A stretch of 57,813 bases of DNA from the IMG/VR virus record IMGVR_UViG_3300029787_000046, positions 1 through 57,813 of that record; one strand, given 5' to 3'. The number at the start of each line of letters is the position of its first letter. Position 1 is the stretch's first letter. The stretch comes from a virus. Lineage: Duplodnaviria > Caudoviricetes. This document shows positions 18,979 through 29,415 of the stretch, one piece after another. The position numbers were made by a program, and so were the translations under genes. Under the pieces are notes generated by a model. It had not been told where the DNA came from and made no database searches. It was given only the letters and a program-made list of their open reading frames with translations.

Positions 18979-20286
18979 TTATATTATCCCTACGTTTTGT
19001 GCTGCGTTTGCTATTCCTAACCCACCGATTCCTGCACCAACTACCTGATTTAACATAGAAGGTCGGGGAGCTGTACTTTGAGTAATACTCGAAGATGTAG
19101 ATGGTGCGCCTTGTAAAATATCGCTATAAAAACCAAGTTTTTGATAAGGTTGATATACGTTTTGTAAATCATATTGTTGCTGTGCATCAAAAGCTGCTTG
19201 ATCAAGAACTTGTTGTTGCGCTCCTAGTTTAGCAAGAGCATCTACATCTGCCATTTGCATTTGTTGCCCTAATTGACCTAATCCTGCCGTAGTTTGCCCT
19301 AATGCAGCTAATGTTTTAGCTTGATCTAAAGTTTGTCCTGTTTGAGCTTGCCCTAGTTGAGCACCTTGTAAAGCAAGTTGTCCTAATTGACCTGCTGCCT
19401 GACCAGTCATATCAGCACCCATGAGTCCTAATTTAGCAGCAGCTTCTTGTCCTGCAAGACCCATTTGTCCAAACTGCGCCCCTAACTGACCACCTGCTTG
19501 ACCTAATTGACCAAACATACCTGCTGCTTGCTGTTGTCTTTTTAAAGCAGCTTCTTGAGCAGCCATTGATTGTTGTATAGCTTGTCCAAAACCTTGAGAT
19601 CTTAACGCTGCTGCTGTTTTAGCTTGTTGTTCTAATATATTTCTACCACGCTCAGAATCTACAATGCCTGAACGAGAACCACCAAATGCTCCTGCCCCAA
19701 CTGCTCTGGCTGCATCTGTTTGACCTGCAATATCACCTGCTCTTTGCACATCGGCTAATGCTTGTTGTACCACTGCATCTTCATAAGGATCCATAAACGC
19801 CTGTGCAGAAGTAGGGTCATATTGAGCTTCTGTTCCTGCTAACTGTGCTTGACCAAGTGCTGCAGATCCTAGTCCAAATTGAAGAAAAGGTTGGTTTGCA
19901 GCTAATTGATCTTGTATTCCTTGCATTCCTCCAACAGCGGCTTGTTGCCCCATTTGAGCTCCAAGAGCTGTTCCTAGCATAGCCTCTTGTTGAGCAGGGG
20001 TAAAAGCTTGCATAGCTGCTTCCCCTTGTTGACCTGCAAGTTGAGCTGCTGTACCTGCACCTGTAACAAAATCACTACCAGAAGTTAAAAAAGGTTGAAA
20101 TGACCCTACCCCTTGCTGTGCAAGTTGTTGCGCTTGTGTAGTCATTGGGTCTGCATCAACCGTAGTGGGTTCAGGAAGTGTTACTCCCTTTTCAATAAGC
20201 TCTTGAGCTTTTTGCATCAACCCTAGCTTGTATGCTTCTACAGCAGGGGATTCTTGTTGTTGGATAATTTGTGTTTCTGTAGCCAT
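18979..20286 (-). CDS. Gln/Gly/Ala-rich DNA transfer (ejection) protein
   Basis: FMDPY and GAFGGSR motifs, C-terminal Gly-rich hydrophobic segment; start more likely MATET at 20286. Confidence 0.7.
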   Translation of the reverse strand: MATETQIIQQQESPAVEAYKLGLMQKAQELIEKGVTLPEPTTVDADPMTTQAQQLAQQGVGSFQPFLTSGSDFVTGAGTAAQLAGQQGEAAMQAFTPAQQEAMLGTALGAQMGQQAAVGGMQGIQDQLAANQPFLQFGLGSAALGQAQLAGTEAQYDPTSAQAFMDPYEDAVVQQALADVQRAGDIAGQTDAARAVGAGAFGGSRSGIVDSERGRNILEQQAKTAAALRSQGFGQAIQQSMAAQEAALKRQQQAAGMFGQLGQAGGQLGAQFGQMGLAGQEAAAKLGLMGADMTGQAAGQLGQLALQGAQLGQAQTGQTLDQAKTLAALGQTTAGLGQLGQQMQMADVDALAKLGAQQQVLDQAAFDAQQQYDLQNVYQPYQKLGFYSDILQGAPSTSSSITQSTAPRPSMLNQVVGAGIGGLGIANAAQNVGII

Positions 20287-20287
20287 A

Positions 20288-22009
20288 TTACGCAGTCCTC
20301 TCAAAAGAACGCATCATTTCATACATTCGTTTAGCCCCTTTTTGACGGTCGCCACCTCCTGCTCCTCTTACGGCACGAGCATTCATAACAAATTCACCAT
20401 CACTTAACATTGCAGGTACTGAATCACTGGTCGGTGTTCCAGGACCCATAATTTCTCCACCAGAAGCTGCTGATATTGGCAGAGCTATAGGATAGCCCCT
20501 TCCAGGACCAATAATAGGTGGTGGGTTTATACCAACAGGAGGGAGTGGGTTAGGATTAAAATAGTTAAGACCACTGTACGGTGTTTGTGCGAAATAATCT
20601 CCACCAAACATTCCTGCATACTGATTATCTGCATTAGGATTATTAATCACTGCTCCAGGAACATTTATTCCTGTTGTAGGTTGTGTCGCTGGAAACACTG
20701 GAGCATCTGGAGCATATTTCATGATCCCCTGTGCAGTTTGAGGTTGTTGAGGTGTTGCAGGTAGAGTTGTGACCTGATCATAAAACGGATTACCACCTAG
20801 ATAACTATCATCAATACCATACGTTCCTGGATCAGAAGCTAGTAAGTCAGCTCCTCGATTTTGCATTGCAGCTAAATCAACTTTTTCTTCTTCTGGTGGA
20901 GTAATAATATTTGTGCCTAGTAAAGTATCACTTGCTAAACCTCCTGCTAAAACAGTGCCTACAGCAGGACCATATTTAGTTAACATTCCGGGAGCATACT
21001 TTTCGTCTAATTTGCTTACAAAACTTGTATAATCTGTTGCCGTAGCATTAGGAAACTGTTCTTTAAAAGCAGATAAATCTTTTTGGTAGCCTTTTTGTGC
21101 TTCTGCTGAAATACCTTCACGTCCTGGACTTAAATACTCTTTAAAGAAATCATCAAACCCATACTCATCTCCAGGAGTAAATGCTTTCTTTACTCCATCC
21201 ATAAAATCAACTGATTGTGCTCCTGACCCACGAGTAGTAACTCCTAAATCAGGAAGTACTTCTTGTCCACCAAAATCTTGTTTAAATATACCGCCGCCTA
21301 CTTTGCCTCCTGCTTGTGCCACTTGAGCACCAACTCCTGTAATTTTAGATGAAATCGCAGCAGTAAATGGATTATCAGGTGTAAACATAGTGCCTAGTTT
21401 TTGTAATCCTGCTATATTTCCAGGATCAACAGTAGAACCTAAAAAGCTGCCTCCTGCAATCATGTTACCTGCACCTGCGGTGAGACCTGTCATTATACCT
21501 GATTTTAATGAATCTTTTAAACCTTTACCTGCAATCAAATTACCTGCGGTGCTGCCTAATCCTGCGGCTAGAGCAATAGGCATGGTAGGAAGCAAAACAG
21601 GAGCAGCAATAGCTAATACGACAGGAGCTACTTTTTTAACAACTTTTTTGACTTTTTTAACAACTTTTTTAACAAGTCTTTTAAGTTTCTTAAAAAAGAA
21701 CTCAGGTTGTCCTGTTTCTGGGTTTAAAGAGTTTAACTCACTACCAACAACATATCTCTCTGGCTCTAAACCCATTTCTTCCATTTGGGTATAGATCATA
21801 TTTTTAAGTCGAGGGTTATTTTCTAAAACTTCTAACGGTAAAACTGTTTCGCCTTCAGCGGCATGAACTAGATAAGTATCGCCATTACGCCCAAAATCTG
21901 CTAACATTTCTGCTGCTTGTTGGTTTCGTGCTATCCCACCCTCTAACATTAAAGCTTCAACTGGAGTAGTTTCTACAACTTCATAGCCTAATGTTTCTAT
22001 ACCTTGCAT
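20288..22009 (-). CDS. Internal virion protein with amphipathic cationic helix and GPGT-SD-PA-LS-GEFV domain
   Basis: NPETGQPEFFFKKLKRLVKKVVKKVKKVVKK followed by hydrophobic/Gly-rich region; C-terminal GPGTPTSDSVPAMLSDGEFV. Confidence 0.65.
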   Translation of the reverse strand: MQGIETLGYEVVETTPVEALMLEGGIARNQQAAEMLADFGRNGDTYLVHAAEGETVLPLEVLENNPRLKNMIYTQMEEMGLEPERYVVGSELNSLNPETGQPEFFFKKLKRLVKKVVKKVKKVVKKVAPVVLAIAAPVLLPTMPIALAAGLGSTAGNLIAGKGLKDSLKSGIMTGLTAGAGNMIAGGSFLGSTVDPGNIAGLQKLGTMFTPDNPFTAAISSKITGVGAQVAQAGGKVGGGIFKQDFGGQEVLPDLGVTTRGSGAQSVDFMDGVKKAFTPGDEYGFDDFFKEYLSPGREGISAEAQKGYQKDLSAFKEQFPNATATDYTSFVSKLDEKYAPGMLTKYGPAVGTVLAGGLASDTLLGTNIITPPEEEKVDLAAMQNRGADLLASDPGTYGIDDSYLGGNPFYDQVTTLPATPQQPQTAQGIMKYAPDAPVFPATQPTTGINVPGAVINNPNADNQYAGMFGGDYFAQTPYSGLNYFNPNPLPPVGINPPPIIGPGRGYPIALPISAASGGEIMGPGTPTSDSVPAMLSDGEFVMNARAVRGAGGGDRQKGAKRMYEMMRSFERTA

Positions 22010-22127
22010 TTTTCACCTATCTCTTTCTGGGGGAAATATGCAGGAAGCGTTAGTTCCTGAATAGACGCTAAACTCATAATAGCGTCAACTATATAATATC
22101 GCAACCTACATATTTTTTTAATCATAT

Positions 22128-22427
22128 TTACACCGTTACCGTAACACTTCCTACCGAACTTGTTGCAGAGTTTCCTCGAAGGTGAGAAATACCTGCTATT
22201 GTTATTTTTAAATCTCCTGTTTCTCCAGATCTAAATAGTGCTCCTACTTCTAACCCTTGATCATCTGTTTGTAAGTTGGTAAGAACTAATCCTGTATGTC
22301 TACCCTCTCCTGGATTTTGCATTTGTGTTAAGTAAATAGAAAAAGATCTTACAATTTCTTCCAGATATTGTTGATCGTACTGATCTGGTGGCACAGGAAA
22401 AAATGGTAAAACTAAATTTCTTGACAT
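22128..22427 (-). CDS. Small tail-associated protein
   Basis: 99 aa ORF coupled to the tail gene. Confidence 0.6.
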   Translation of the reverse strand: MSRNLVLPFFPVPPDQYDQQYLEEIVRSFSIYLTQMQNPGEGRHTGLVLTNLQTDDQGLEVGALFRSGETGDLKITIAGISHLRGNSATSSVGSVTVTV

Positions 22428-24352
22428 TATCTTTTTCCATCTGGCCTAATATCTATTCTAGGAGAGCCTAACCTCCATGCTACTCCTGTTTCGGCTGATT
22501 CAATCCGTAATGCAAATGAACGACCTCTAAGGCGTATATGCACTTGATCAGTAAATTGTTCTACCACTGTTGAAGTTGCAGCCGCAGATTGAGTCACCGC
22601 TTTAGCGTTAGATTGCAGATATTTTCCTCCAGGAAAATTTCGTGTTTTCAATGTAAAAGTAGCTTTAGGCGAGCCAGAAGTTGAATCTCTAAATGTTAGA
22701 TCAGGTATTAATTTATTGATAAACGTAAAATTATCTCCATCACCCATATCAAATTGACTTGATTCTATATGGGCAGATATAGCCGAAGCAGGATTAGTGC
22801 TACCATCATCAAAACCAAATTCATGCGAATACAGAAAATGATCTGTTCCTGCTGCTATGGGTAAAGTTTCTATGCCTCTGTCTAACCACGCAGTTCGGGC
22901 TAAATTCCCATAATACCAAATTTTTTGTTGATAATTGTAAATAACGTACTTATCATTTTCATCACTATTTGCACTTGGATAAAACCACCATACTTCAGAA
23001 AATGCGATGTTAGTTGATGCAGTCACTTTTTCAATTTGTTTTTCGTTAAAGTCATTAAAAACATAATCACGAACAGTGCAGGGCAGTCTTTGTACTCCTC
23101 CACCATAAACATAAAATTCTTGTCGCCCCATCCAGAACACCATATCTTCAACAGCTATAGCTGCCAGAGGTCCTGCAATAGTTATGCCTTCTGATATTGC
23201 GTTGATGCCAAATGTAAAGGGTGGTCCTATAAACTGCATAGCATGAAGAGATGCATCAGTAAAAACCAATATTTGTTGACGTGTTTCTATAGCAGATATA
23301 ATTTCACTGCCTGAACCAATCCTTAAATCACCTGCTGTGTTTGTAGGTAAAGTTCGCCACTCAGTTAAACTTTCTTGCGAACTGAATCTAATCAACAAAG
23401 GGTCTTGCGTACCTATAGCTGTTTCAGGATCACAACCAAAAGCTATAATATGTCTATCTGCGTCGGAAACTAAAACTTTTTTAGCAATAGTAGGAGCCAA
23501 ATCAGAACTAGCCAAACTTGAAATTGCTACTGCTCTTGTGTTTGTTCCATTAGATTTATCCCAATAAAAAATACCGCTATCTCTAACATTTATTAAAAGA
23601 TCTTCACCAAAATTATCATGGCTCCATATTCGTAATGTAGCTCCTGTTACAGATAAATTTGAAACAGAGTTCCAAGTACCACGACCCCATGTTCCTGCAT
23701 TCCAACCATTACCAGTAAGAGCTGTGTCTAACCCTATACGAACTTGATAAGCTGCATCCGCACTACTCCCACCATTTCCAGTATCACTAGAGTTTGCTAC
23801 AACAGGAGTAGGATTTAATCCCGAAGTTGTGGTTATACTTTGTATATCAGTACCTGCTTCACGAGCTTGGAATGTAAATGTATCATCACTTGGCACAGAA
23901 AGAATAATATATTCTTGATTTAATACATCTGCAGTAATCAAGCCACCGAGACTAACTGCTTCTGAAATAGTCACAAAATCATCAACAATAGCTCCATGAT
24001 TATTATCTGTAGCGGTAATAATAGAAGAACCGTTAGTAGCGGAAAAAGTAATCCCATCTGTTGTAGTTGCTCTTATGGGCGTGATGTCATTAAAAGCACC
24101 ACCTTCGTTGATATAATACTTAAGATGCGTTCCTACGCCAAGATATGCAGTGCCATCTAACGCTACCCAAGAATGTAACGCTCTAGCAGTTCCTAAGTAT
24201 GCATTAACAGATTGTTTAATCCAACCGCCTATTTTTTCAGCAAACCCAAATCTAAAACGAGTTTTATCCATATCAAACCAACCGCCCTCGTTACTGTAAG
24301 AGGTTGTTTCTCTGTTTATTCCAGGACGAAATTGTAACTTAGTTAGAGGCAT
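22427..24352 (-). CDS. Tail nozzle / P22 gp10-like tail tubular protein
   Basis: 641 aa beta-rich; DPLLIRFSSQES, VFWMG, EVWWFYPS, WYYGNLARTAW. Confidence 0.7.
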   Translation of the reverse strand: MPLTKLQFRPGINRETTSYSNEGGWFDMDKTRFRFGFAEKIGGWIKQSVNAYLGTARALHSWVALDGTAYLGVGTHLKYYINEGGAFNDITPIRATTTDGITFSATNGSSIITATDNNHGAIVDDFVTISEAVSLGGLITADVLNQEYIILSVPSDDTFTFQAREAGTDIQSITTTSGLNPTPVVANSSDTGNGGSSADAAYQVRIGLDTALTGNGWNAGTWGRGTWNSVSNLSVTGATLRIWSHDNFGEDLLINVRDSGIFYWDKSNGTNTRAVAISSLASSDLAPTIAKKVLVSDADRHIIAFGCDPETAIGTQDPLLIRFSSQESLTEWRTLPTNTAGDLRIGSGSEIISAIETRQQILVFTDASLHAMQFIGPPFTFGINAISEGITIAGPLAAIAVEDMVFWMGRQEFYVYGGGVQRLPCTVRDYVFNDFNEKQIEKVTASTNIAFSEVWWFYPSANSDENDKYVIYNYQQKIWYYGNLARTAWLDRGIETLPIAAGTDHFLYSHEFGFDDGSTNPASAISAHIESSQFDMGDGDNFTFINKLIPDLTFRDSTSGSPKATFTLKTRNFPGGKYLQSNAKAVTQSAAATSTVVEQFTDQVHIRLRGRSFALRIESAETGVAWRLGSPRIDIRPDGKR

Positions 24353-24373
24353 CTCAATCCTTTAATTTTATGT

Positions 24374-24679
24374 TTATCCTACAAAAGAATTAGCTGCAGT
24401 TATAGCTTTATCTATTTCTGTGAAACTTTCACTGCCCCAATCACCTAGTGCTTTCATATGAACTAGATAACCGTTGCTACGAGCTACACGCTCTTTCTTT
24501 TCGTCATGCGTCATGTCATGACCGAAATCAGCAGGTATTGTGTTACCGTCAGAATCTTCTTTGCTACCATCACTTGCATCACTGCCTTTATTATGTGTAG
24601 CAATAACACTGTTAATTACTGACACACTACCAAGCATTGCAGCATGGTCTTGTGCTATTTGATCTGCATCTCTTGCCAT
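24374..24679 (-). CDS. Hypothetical protein (tail fibre region)
   Basis: 101 aa ORF in operon. Confidence 0.65.
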   Translation of the reverse strand: MARDADQIAQDHAAMLGSVSVINSVIATHNKGSDASDGSKEDSDGNTIPADFGHDMTHDEKKERVARSNGYLVHMKALGDWGSESFTEIDKAITAANSFVG

Positions 24680-24684
24680 TATAC

Positions 24685-25326
24685 TTACCCTTCTAGTTTT
24701 GCAATGTTGATATTGCCTGAGATTGATATACGTTCCCCATCATTATCGTAAAAGGGAAACACCTGATGAAGCATAGTTGAGGGAAACATAACCATGTAAC
24801 CCTCTGCTTCTTTCTCCATGTTGTAAGCAAAAGTTGATATCCTGCCCAACGTATTTGTGTAGCTAAATGCAAAGTTAGATATGTGGTTATCTGCATTTGA
24901 GTTGGCACAAATAGGAAGTTTCTTCTGCTCTGCGTAGGATGTAGGTATCTGCATCCATATCACAAAGCTATACACGCCACTGTGGTCATGTGGTGGATTA
25001 AACTCATGTTGCCTTTGGAAGTTAACCCATAGGCTTTCTAAGTTCCAACCTTCACCCTCACGCATAGTTTCACGCCAAGGTGGTCCATAAGCCTCAATGT
25101 GGTTTTGTATAAACGAAGGTAGTAGCTCATCAACAAACTCTTTGAGCAAAGGTGAGTCACTGTCTAACCTGATAGACTTACTAATGTTACCTGCGAGTTC
25201 AGGCTTCATGTCCTCTGGTTGTTCTCTTGCCTCGTTTACAACTTTCCATATGTTGTCCACAACGTCCTCTGGGAGTTGACCTTCAACCACACCTACGTTT
25301 GGAAAGTTTCTTTGTATTAAGTCCAT
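24685..25326 (-). CDS. 2OG-Fe(II) oxygenase-like protein (HxH type)
   Basis: WVNFQ..EFNPPHDH..SFV..FPSTMLHQVFPF..RISISGN. Confidence 0.8.
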   Translation of the reverse strand: MDLIQRNFPNVGVVEGQLPEDVVDNIWKVVNEAREQPEDMKPELAGNISKSIRLDSDSPLLKEFVDELLPSFIQNHIEAYGPPWRETMREGEGWNLESLWVNFQRQHEFNPPHDHSGVYSFVIWMQIPTSYAEQKKLPICANSNADNHISNFAFSYTNTLGRISTFAYNMEKEAEGYMVMFPSTMLHQVFPFYDNDGERISISGNINIAKLEG

Positions 25327-25328
25327 GC

Positions 25329-28310
25329 TTATCCCTCTAGGGTTACCACTCTTGCAGTAAGTGCTTCTATTAGTGCGTTCTGTTCTTGAATAGCTTTGAC
25401 TAGAATTGGTACTAACTTAGCGTACCTCATTCCGTACTGTTTACCATCGCCACTTACACTTACAGTTAAATTTGTTTTATCTGCAATTTTATAATTAGAA
25501 GCTTCTTCTAATGTTTTAACATCTTGTGCTTTAAAACCTAAATCTAACCAATCTTCTTTATGAGTTCCATCAGAAGTTATGGCATCTAAATCATAATCAT
25601 CTGCTGTCTTATCTCCATATTTAGAACGCTTATCCCACTTAAAGGTGTACGGTTTCATAGCTTTTACAAAGTCTAAACCTAAGTCTAATGTAGTAAAATC
25701 TGTCTTATCTCGTTCATCAGAAGCTGCCGTTATATCTACTTGAGCATTAAAAGTAGTAATGTTTTCATCACCTATATATATTTCGTTTGAACCAGTTGTG
25801 ACATTACCTCCAGGACTTCCAGTAAGACCTGCATCATGACCTATGACTGTATTGTTATGACCAGAAGTTATTGCTCTTCCTGTTAAAAAACCCATCGCAG
25901 TGTTATCATATCCAGTACAAGCTGTGAGAGCTTGAACACCAACAGCAGTATTTGTACCACCACTATCTGCTGAACCCAAAGCAAGTCTTCCAACAGCAGT
26001 ATTATCACTACTATCTAATGTTTCTGCTCCTGCATTAAAACCAATAAGTGTGTTATTAATTCCTGTTGTAATTTTTGTACCTGCAAATGTACCAACTGCG
26101 GTGTTGAAACTAGTTGTATCAGTAGAAAAGTTTTGTGCTTTAAGTGCTGAAGCTCCTATTGCAACTGATTTATCACCTCTTGTATCAGCGGTTAAAGCGT
26201 CATTACCTATTGCAACATTCATTTCACCGTCAGTAATACTTGCTCCTGCATTACTACCTACTATAGTGGTTTTGACTGCTGTAGTAATTGCCATTCCTGC
26301 ATTGTTACCAACAGCAGTATTGTGAGAATCTGTTGCAGTAGTGAAGTTTTGTGCTTTTAATGCCTGTCTGCCTACTGCTGTAGAATGACTTCCTAATGTA
26401 TCTGCACTTAATGCTTCATAACCTAAAGCGAGGTTGTTCCCACCTGTTGTTAAATGATCACCTGACAGACCACCAATTACAGTATTATTTACACCTGTTG
26501 TAATACGTCTACCTGCTAAAGCTCCTACAGCAGTATTATAGGCATCTGTAGCCGTAGTAAAATTTTGTTCGTTTAAAGTTAAAGATCCAAGTGCTGTATT
26601 ATAACTACCTAATGTATCTGCACTTAATGCTGCTTTTCCGACTGCTACATTAAACTCTGAAGTAGTAAGTGCATCTCCTACTTCTGCACCGATGAGGGTG
26701 TTGTTTGTACCTGTTGTAACTGATTGACCTGCATCATATCCTACGGCTACATTAAAGGACTCCGTAGTAGTAGCATAATTTTGATTTTGTAATGTTTGAT
26801 AACCTATTGCAACTGATTTTCTACCTACGTCATCACTAGATAAAGAAGCATATCCCATAGCTACATTACGGTCACCTGTTGTTAAAGCATCTCCTGATGT
26901 TCCACCAATAAGAGTATTTCTTGTACCTGTAGTAACTGATAAACCTGCTTGATGACCAACAGCTACGTTGTATGAATCTGTAGCCGTTGTAAAGTTTTGT
27001 GTAGCTAAAGCTTGATACCCTAATGCAGTGGAATTAGAACCTAGTGTATCAGCACTTAAAGCATTCACACCTAATGCTGTATTATAATCGGCATCTGTAA
27101 GAGCGTCTCCTGCTAGTCCACCAATAAGGGTATTTTGAAGGCCTGTTGTTATTGATCCACCTGCATTGTAACCTAGTCCTACGTTGTAAGAAGTAGTAGC
27201 AGTAGTAAAATTTTGATTAGCTAAAGCACTGTAACCTATAGCAACAGTTCTGCTTCCAAGTGTGTCATCTGTTAATGCTCCTCTACCAATTGCTACGTTC
27301 CTATCAGCATCAGTTAAAGCATCTCCTGCTGTACCACCAATTATTACATTGTCAACTCCAGTTGTTATATTTTGTGCAGTATTATATCCAACTGCTACAT
27401 TGTAAGAATCAGTTGCAGTAGTAAAATTTTGAGTTGTTAATGCGTTTCTTCCTATAGCAATAGATTTACTACCTAGAGTGTCAGTAGTAAGAGCATTGTA
27501 TCCTACAGCTACATTATGGTCAGCATCCGTAAGTGCATCACCTGCAAGCGCACCTATCAAGGTGTTTTGTACACCTGTGGTAACTGATGTACCTGCATCA
27601 ACACCTACTGCTGTATTATAAGATTCTGCTCCTGCATTAAGAGTTTTCAATGCTCTATAACCAATAGCTACGTTGTTTCCATTGGCATCTTCTGTTGATA
27701 AAGCTTCAAACCCAACAGCAACATTATTATCACCTGTAGTCAAAGCAGTACCTGCTTCATCACCCAAGACCACATTGTAGTTGCCGCCAGAGGTTATTGC
27801 ATCCCCTGCATTAATGCCAAGACGTAAATTAGATGTACCTGCTGTACTTGTAGATAAACTGGGGACAGAAATATTAGTAAGCGCCTCTACAACAGCAGCT
27901 CCAGATCCTGCACCATCTAAATAAACAACCTTAACTGTACCATTAGGGATTGTTACATTAGCACCAGAACCTTGACTAATAATTATGTTATAAGGACCAG
28001 AACTCCCACTATCTGTAGTAGCATTCTCAATAAAGTGTACTCTTGATAAAGTGTTGGGAGCAATAGTAATTGTACAATCAGAGTCTAACGCTCCTGTATA
28101 CTTAATGTACATTGAACGAGCAGGATCTGTTGCCCCATCTGCAACCGTAGAAGTATGCGTGTCTGCATTTGTTGTGATCGCTTCAGTTCCAAAACTGAAA
28201 CCTTCAGCAATTAACTCTAAGTTCGTGTTAGTTGTATCTCCCCACGTTCCTGACTGTTCGCCTGACCCAATTTCTTCTAATCGTAAATCATTTGTATATA
28301 CACTTGCCAT
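25329..28310 (-). CDS. Tail fibre with tandem beta-helix repeats and C-terminal peptidase S74 intramolecular chaperone
   Basis: Repeated NxAxGxxAL/TTG units and QNFTTATDSYN; SDERDK...GLDFV...KPYTFKW...GFKAQDV...LVKAIQE. Confidence 0.88.
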   Translation of the reverse strand: MASVYTNDLRLEEIGSGEQSGTWGDTTNTNLELIAEGFSFGTEAITTNADTHTSTVADGATDPARSMYIKYTGALDSDCTITIAPNTLSRVHFIENATTDSGSSGPYNIIISQGSGANVTIPNGTVKVVYLDGAGSGAAVVEALTNISVPSLSTSTAGTSNLRLGINAGDAITSGGNYNVVLGDEAGTALTTGDNNVAVGFEALSTEDANGNNVAIGYRALKTLNAGAESYNTAVGVDAGTSVTTGVQNTLIGALAGDALTDADHNVAVGYNALTTDTLGSKSIAIGRNALTTQNFTTATDSYNVAVGYNTAQNITTGVDNVIIGGTAGDALTDADRNVAIGRGALTDDTLGSRTVAIGYSALANQNFTTATTSYNVGLGYNAGGSITTGLQNTLIGGLAGDALTDADYNTALGVNALSADTLGSNSTALGYQALATQNFTTATDSYNVAVGHQAGLSVTTGTRNTLIGGTSGDALTTGDRNVAMGYASLSSDDVGRKSVAIGYQTLQNQNYATTTESFNVAVGYDAGQSVTTGTNNTLIGAEVGDALTTSEFNVAVGKAALSADTLGSYNTALGSLTLNEQNFTTATDAYNTAVGALAGRRITTGVNNTVIGGLSGDHLTTGGNNLALGYEALSADTLGSHSTAVGRQALKAQNFTTATDSHNTAVGNNAGMAITTAVKTTIVGSNAGASITDGEMNVAIGNDALTADTRGDKSVAIGASALKAQNFSTDTTSFNTAVGTFAGTKITTGINNTLIGFNAGAETLDSSDNTAVGRLALGSADSGGTNTAVGVQALTACTGYDNTAMGFLTGRAITSGHNNTVIGHDAGLTGSPGGNVTTGSNEIYIGDENITTFNAQVDITAASDERDKTDFTTLDLGLDFVKAMKPYTFKWDKRSKYGDKTADDYDLDAITSDGTHKEDWLDLGFKAQDVKTLEEASNYKIADKTNLTVSVSGDGKQYGMRYAKLVPILVKAIQEQNALIEALTARVVTLEG

Positions 28311-28321
28311 GTTTTATCTCC

Positions 28322-28978
28322 TTATGCTGCTATATCTATCCAAGAGGGGGTCTGACTTGGGGATATTTCACTAAAATTGGCAGTTTGACTAGGGGATACT
28401 GCACTAAAATTAGGTGTTTGACTAGGCACAATGTTACCCCAAACAAGCACCCTTCCTAAAGATGCCGTAGCACTTACCCCTGTAATTTCAAATCTGGTTG
28501 ATGTATCAATTACTACTGGAGCATCATCAACTACAGCAGTAGCTTCTACACCACTCGGTTCAATATTTGATGTTGCTATTATTGATAAGGCAGCACTATC
28601 AACTGAAGCAGTAGCACTTACCCCTACATTTGTCTCAAACGTATTGCCTAAAGAAGTAGTGCCTGAAACACCCATCTGTGTTTCAAATACATTGCCTAAA
28701 GAGGTAGTGCCTGAAACACCAGTAACAGATACATTCGCAAACCCTGTAATCGTAGAAGATCCGACACTACCTGTCCCGCTGACTCCTACATTTGTCTCAA
28801 ACGTATTACCTATGGCAGATGTTGCTGCGACCCCTGTAACATTTTGACCAATAACAATTGATACAGAGTCGATAGAAGCAGTTGCACTAGGAAAACCAAC
28901 CTCTGTATTCCATGCGCCCTCGTTCCACCCTCGGGTAGTGCTATTCCAACCTAATAAAGGAACAAGAGCATCAGACAT
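28322..28978 (-). CDS. Ser/Thr/Gly-rich structural fibre protein
   Basis: GWN..GWNEGAW start; repeated GVSxTxSxG units. Confidence 0.65.
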   Translation of the reverse strand: MSDALVPLLGWNSTTRGWNEGAWNTEVGFPSATASIDSVSIVIGQNVTGVAATSAIGNTFETNVGVSGTGSVGSSTITGFANVSVTGVSGTTSLGNVFETQMGVSGTTSLGNTFETNVGVSATASVDSAALSIIATSNIEPSGVEATAVVDDAPVVIDTSTRFEITGVSATASLGRVLVWGNIVPSQTPNFSAVSPSQTANFSEISPSQTPSWIDIAA

Positions 28979-29415
28979 TAAGCTATCCTGATAATAGCGT
29001 TACTCGCATCAGCTGTAGGAAATACTATAGTAAAATCACCTGCGCTTGCTGCTTTATCTGAACCAAAATCTAATACAGCTACCGAAGGGTCTCCTGTGGC
29101 TGTGTCGTTAAATATTAAAGCTCCTCTTACTGAGGAGATAGTCACATTGCTAAAAACTTCATCAGCAAAATCAACTAATGCTGTTGTGCTACTTGAGGTA
29201 GGTGTGACAGGGTTCAAAGCTTGCCCTTTAGCAGAATAATTAGTTCCGCTAATTTCATTACTGGTAGTATACGCTGTTGTCGCTGCTGTGAACGAAGCAC
29301 TATTATCATACAACGCGATATTAAAAGTGTTTCCTGTTGTCGCCGTAAAATTATGCACTCCTTTTAATAACTCTACTTTAAAAGAGGTACACAGAAAGTT
29401 TCCCGTGAAAGCCAT
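28978..29415 (-). CDS. Virion structural protein
   Basis: CTSFKVELL, AVLDFGSDK, AIIRIA motifs common in marine phage structural modules. Confidence 0.7.
   Translation of the reverse strand: MAFTGNFLCTSFKVELLKGVHNFTATTGNTFNIALYDNSASFTAATTAYTTSNEISGTNYSAKGQALNPVTPTSSSTTALVDFADEVFSNVTISSVRGALIFNDTATGDPSVAVLDFGSDKAASAGDFTIVFPTADASNAIIRIA

Noticed and set aside
25329-28978. CRISPR array or diversity-generating retroelement in the repeat-rich fibre genes
   Set aside because: Repeats are in-frame, degenerate protein repeats; no constant repeat with unique spacers and no reverse transcriptase
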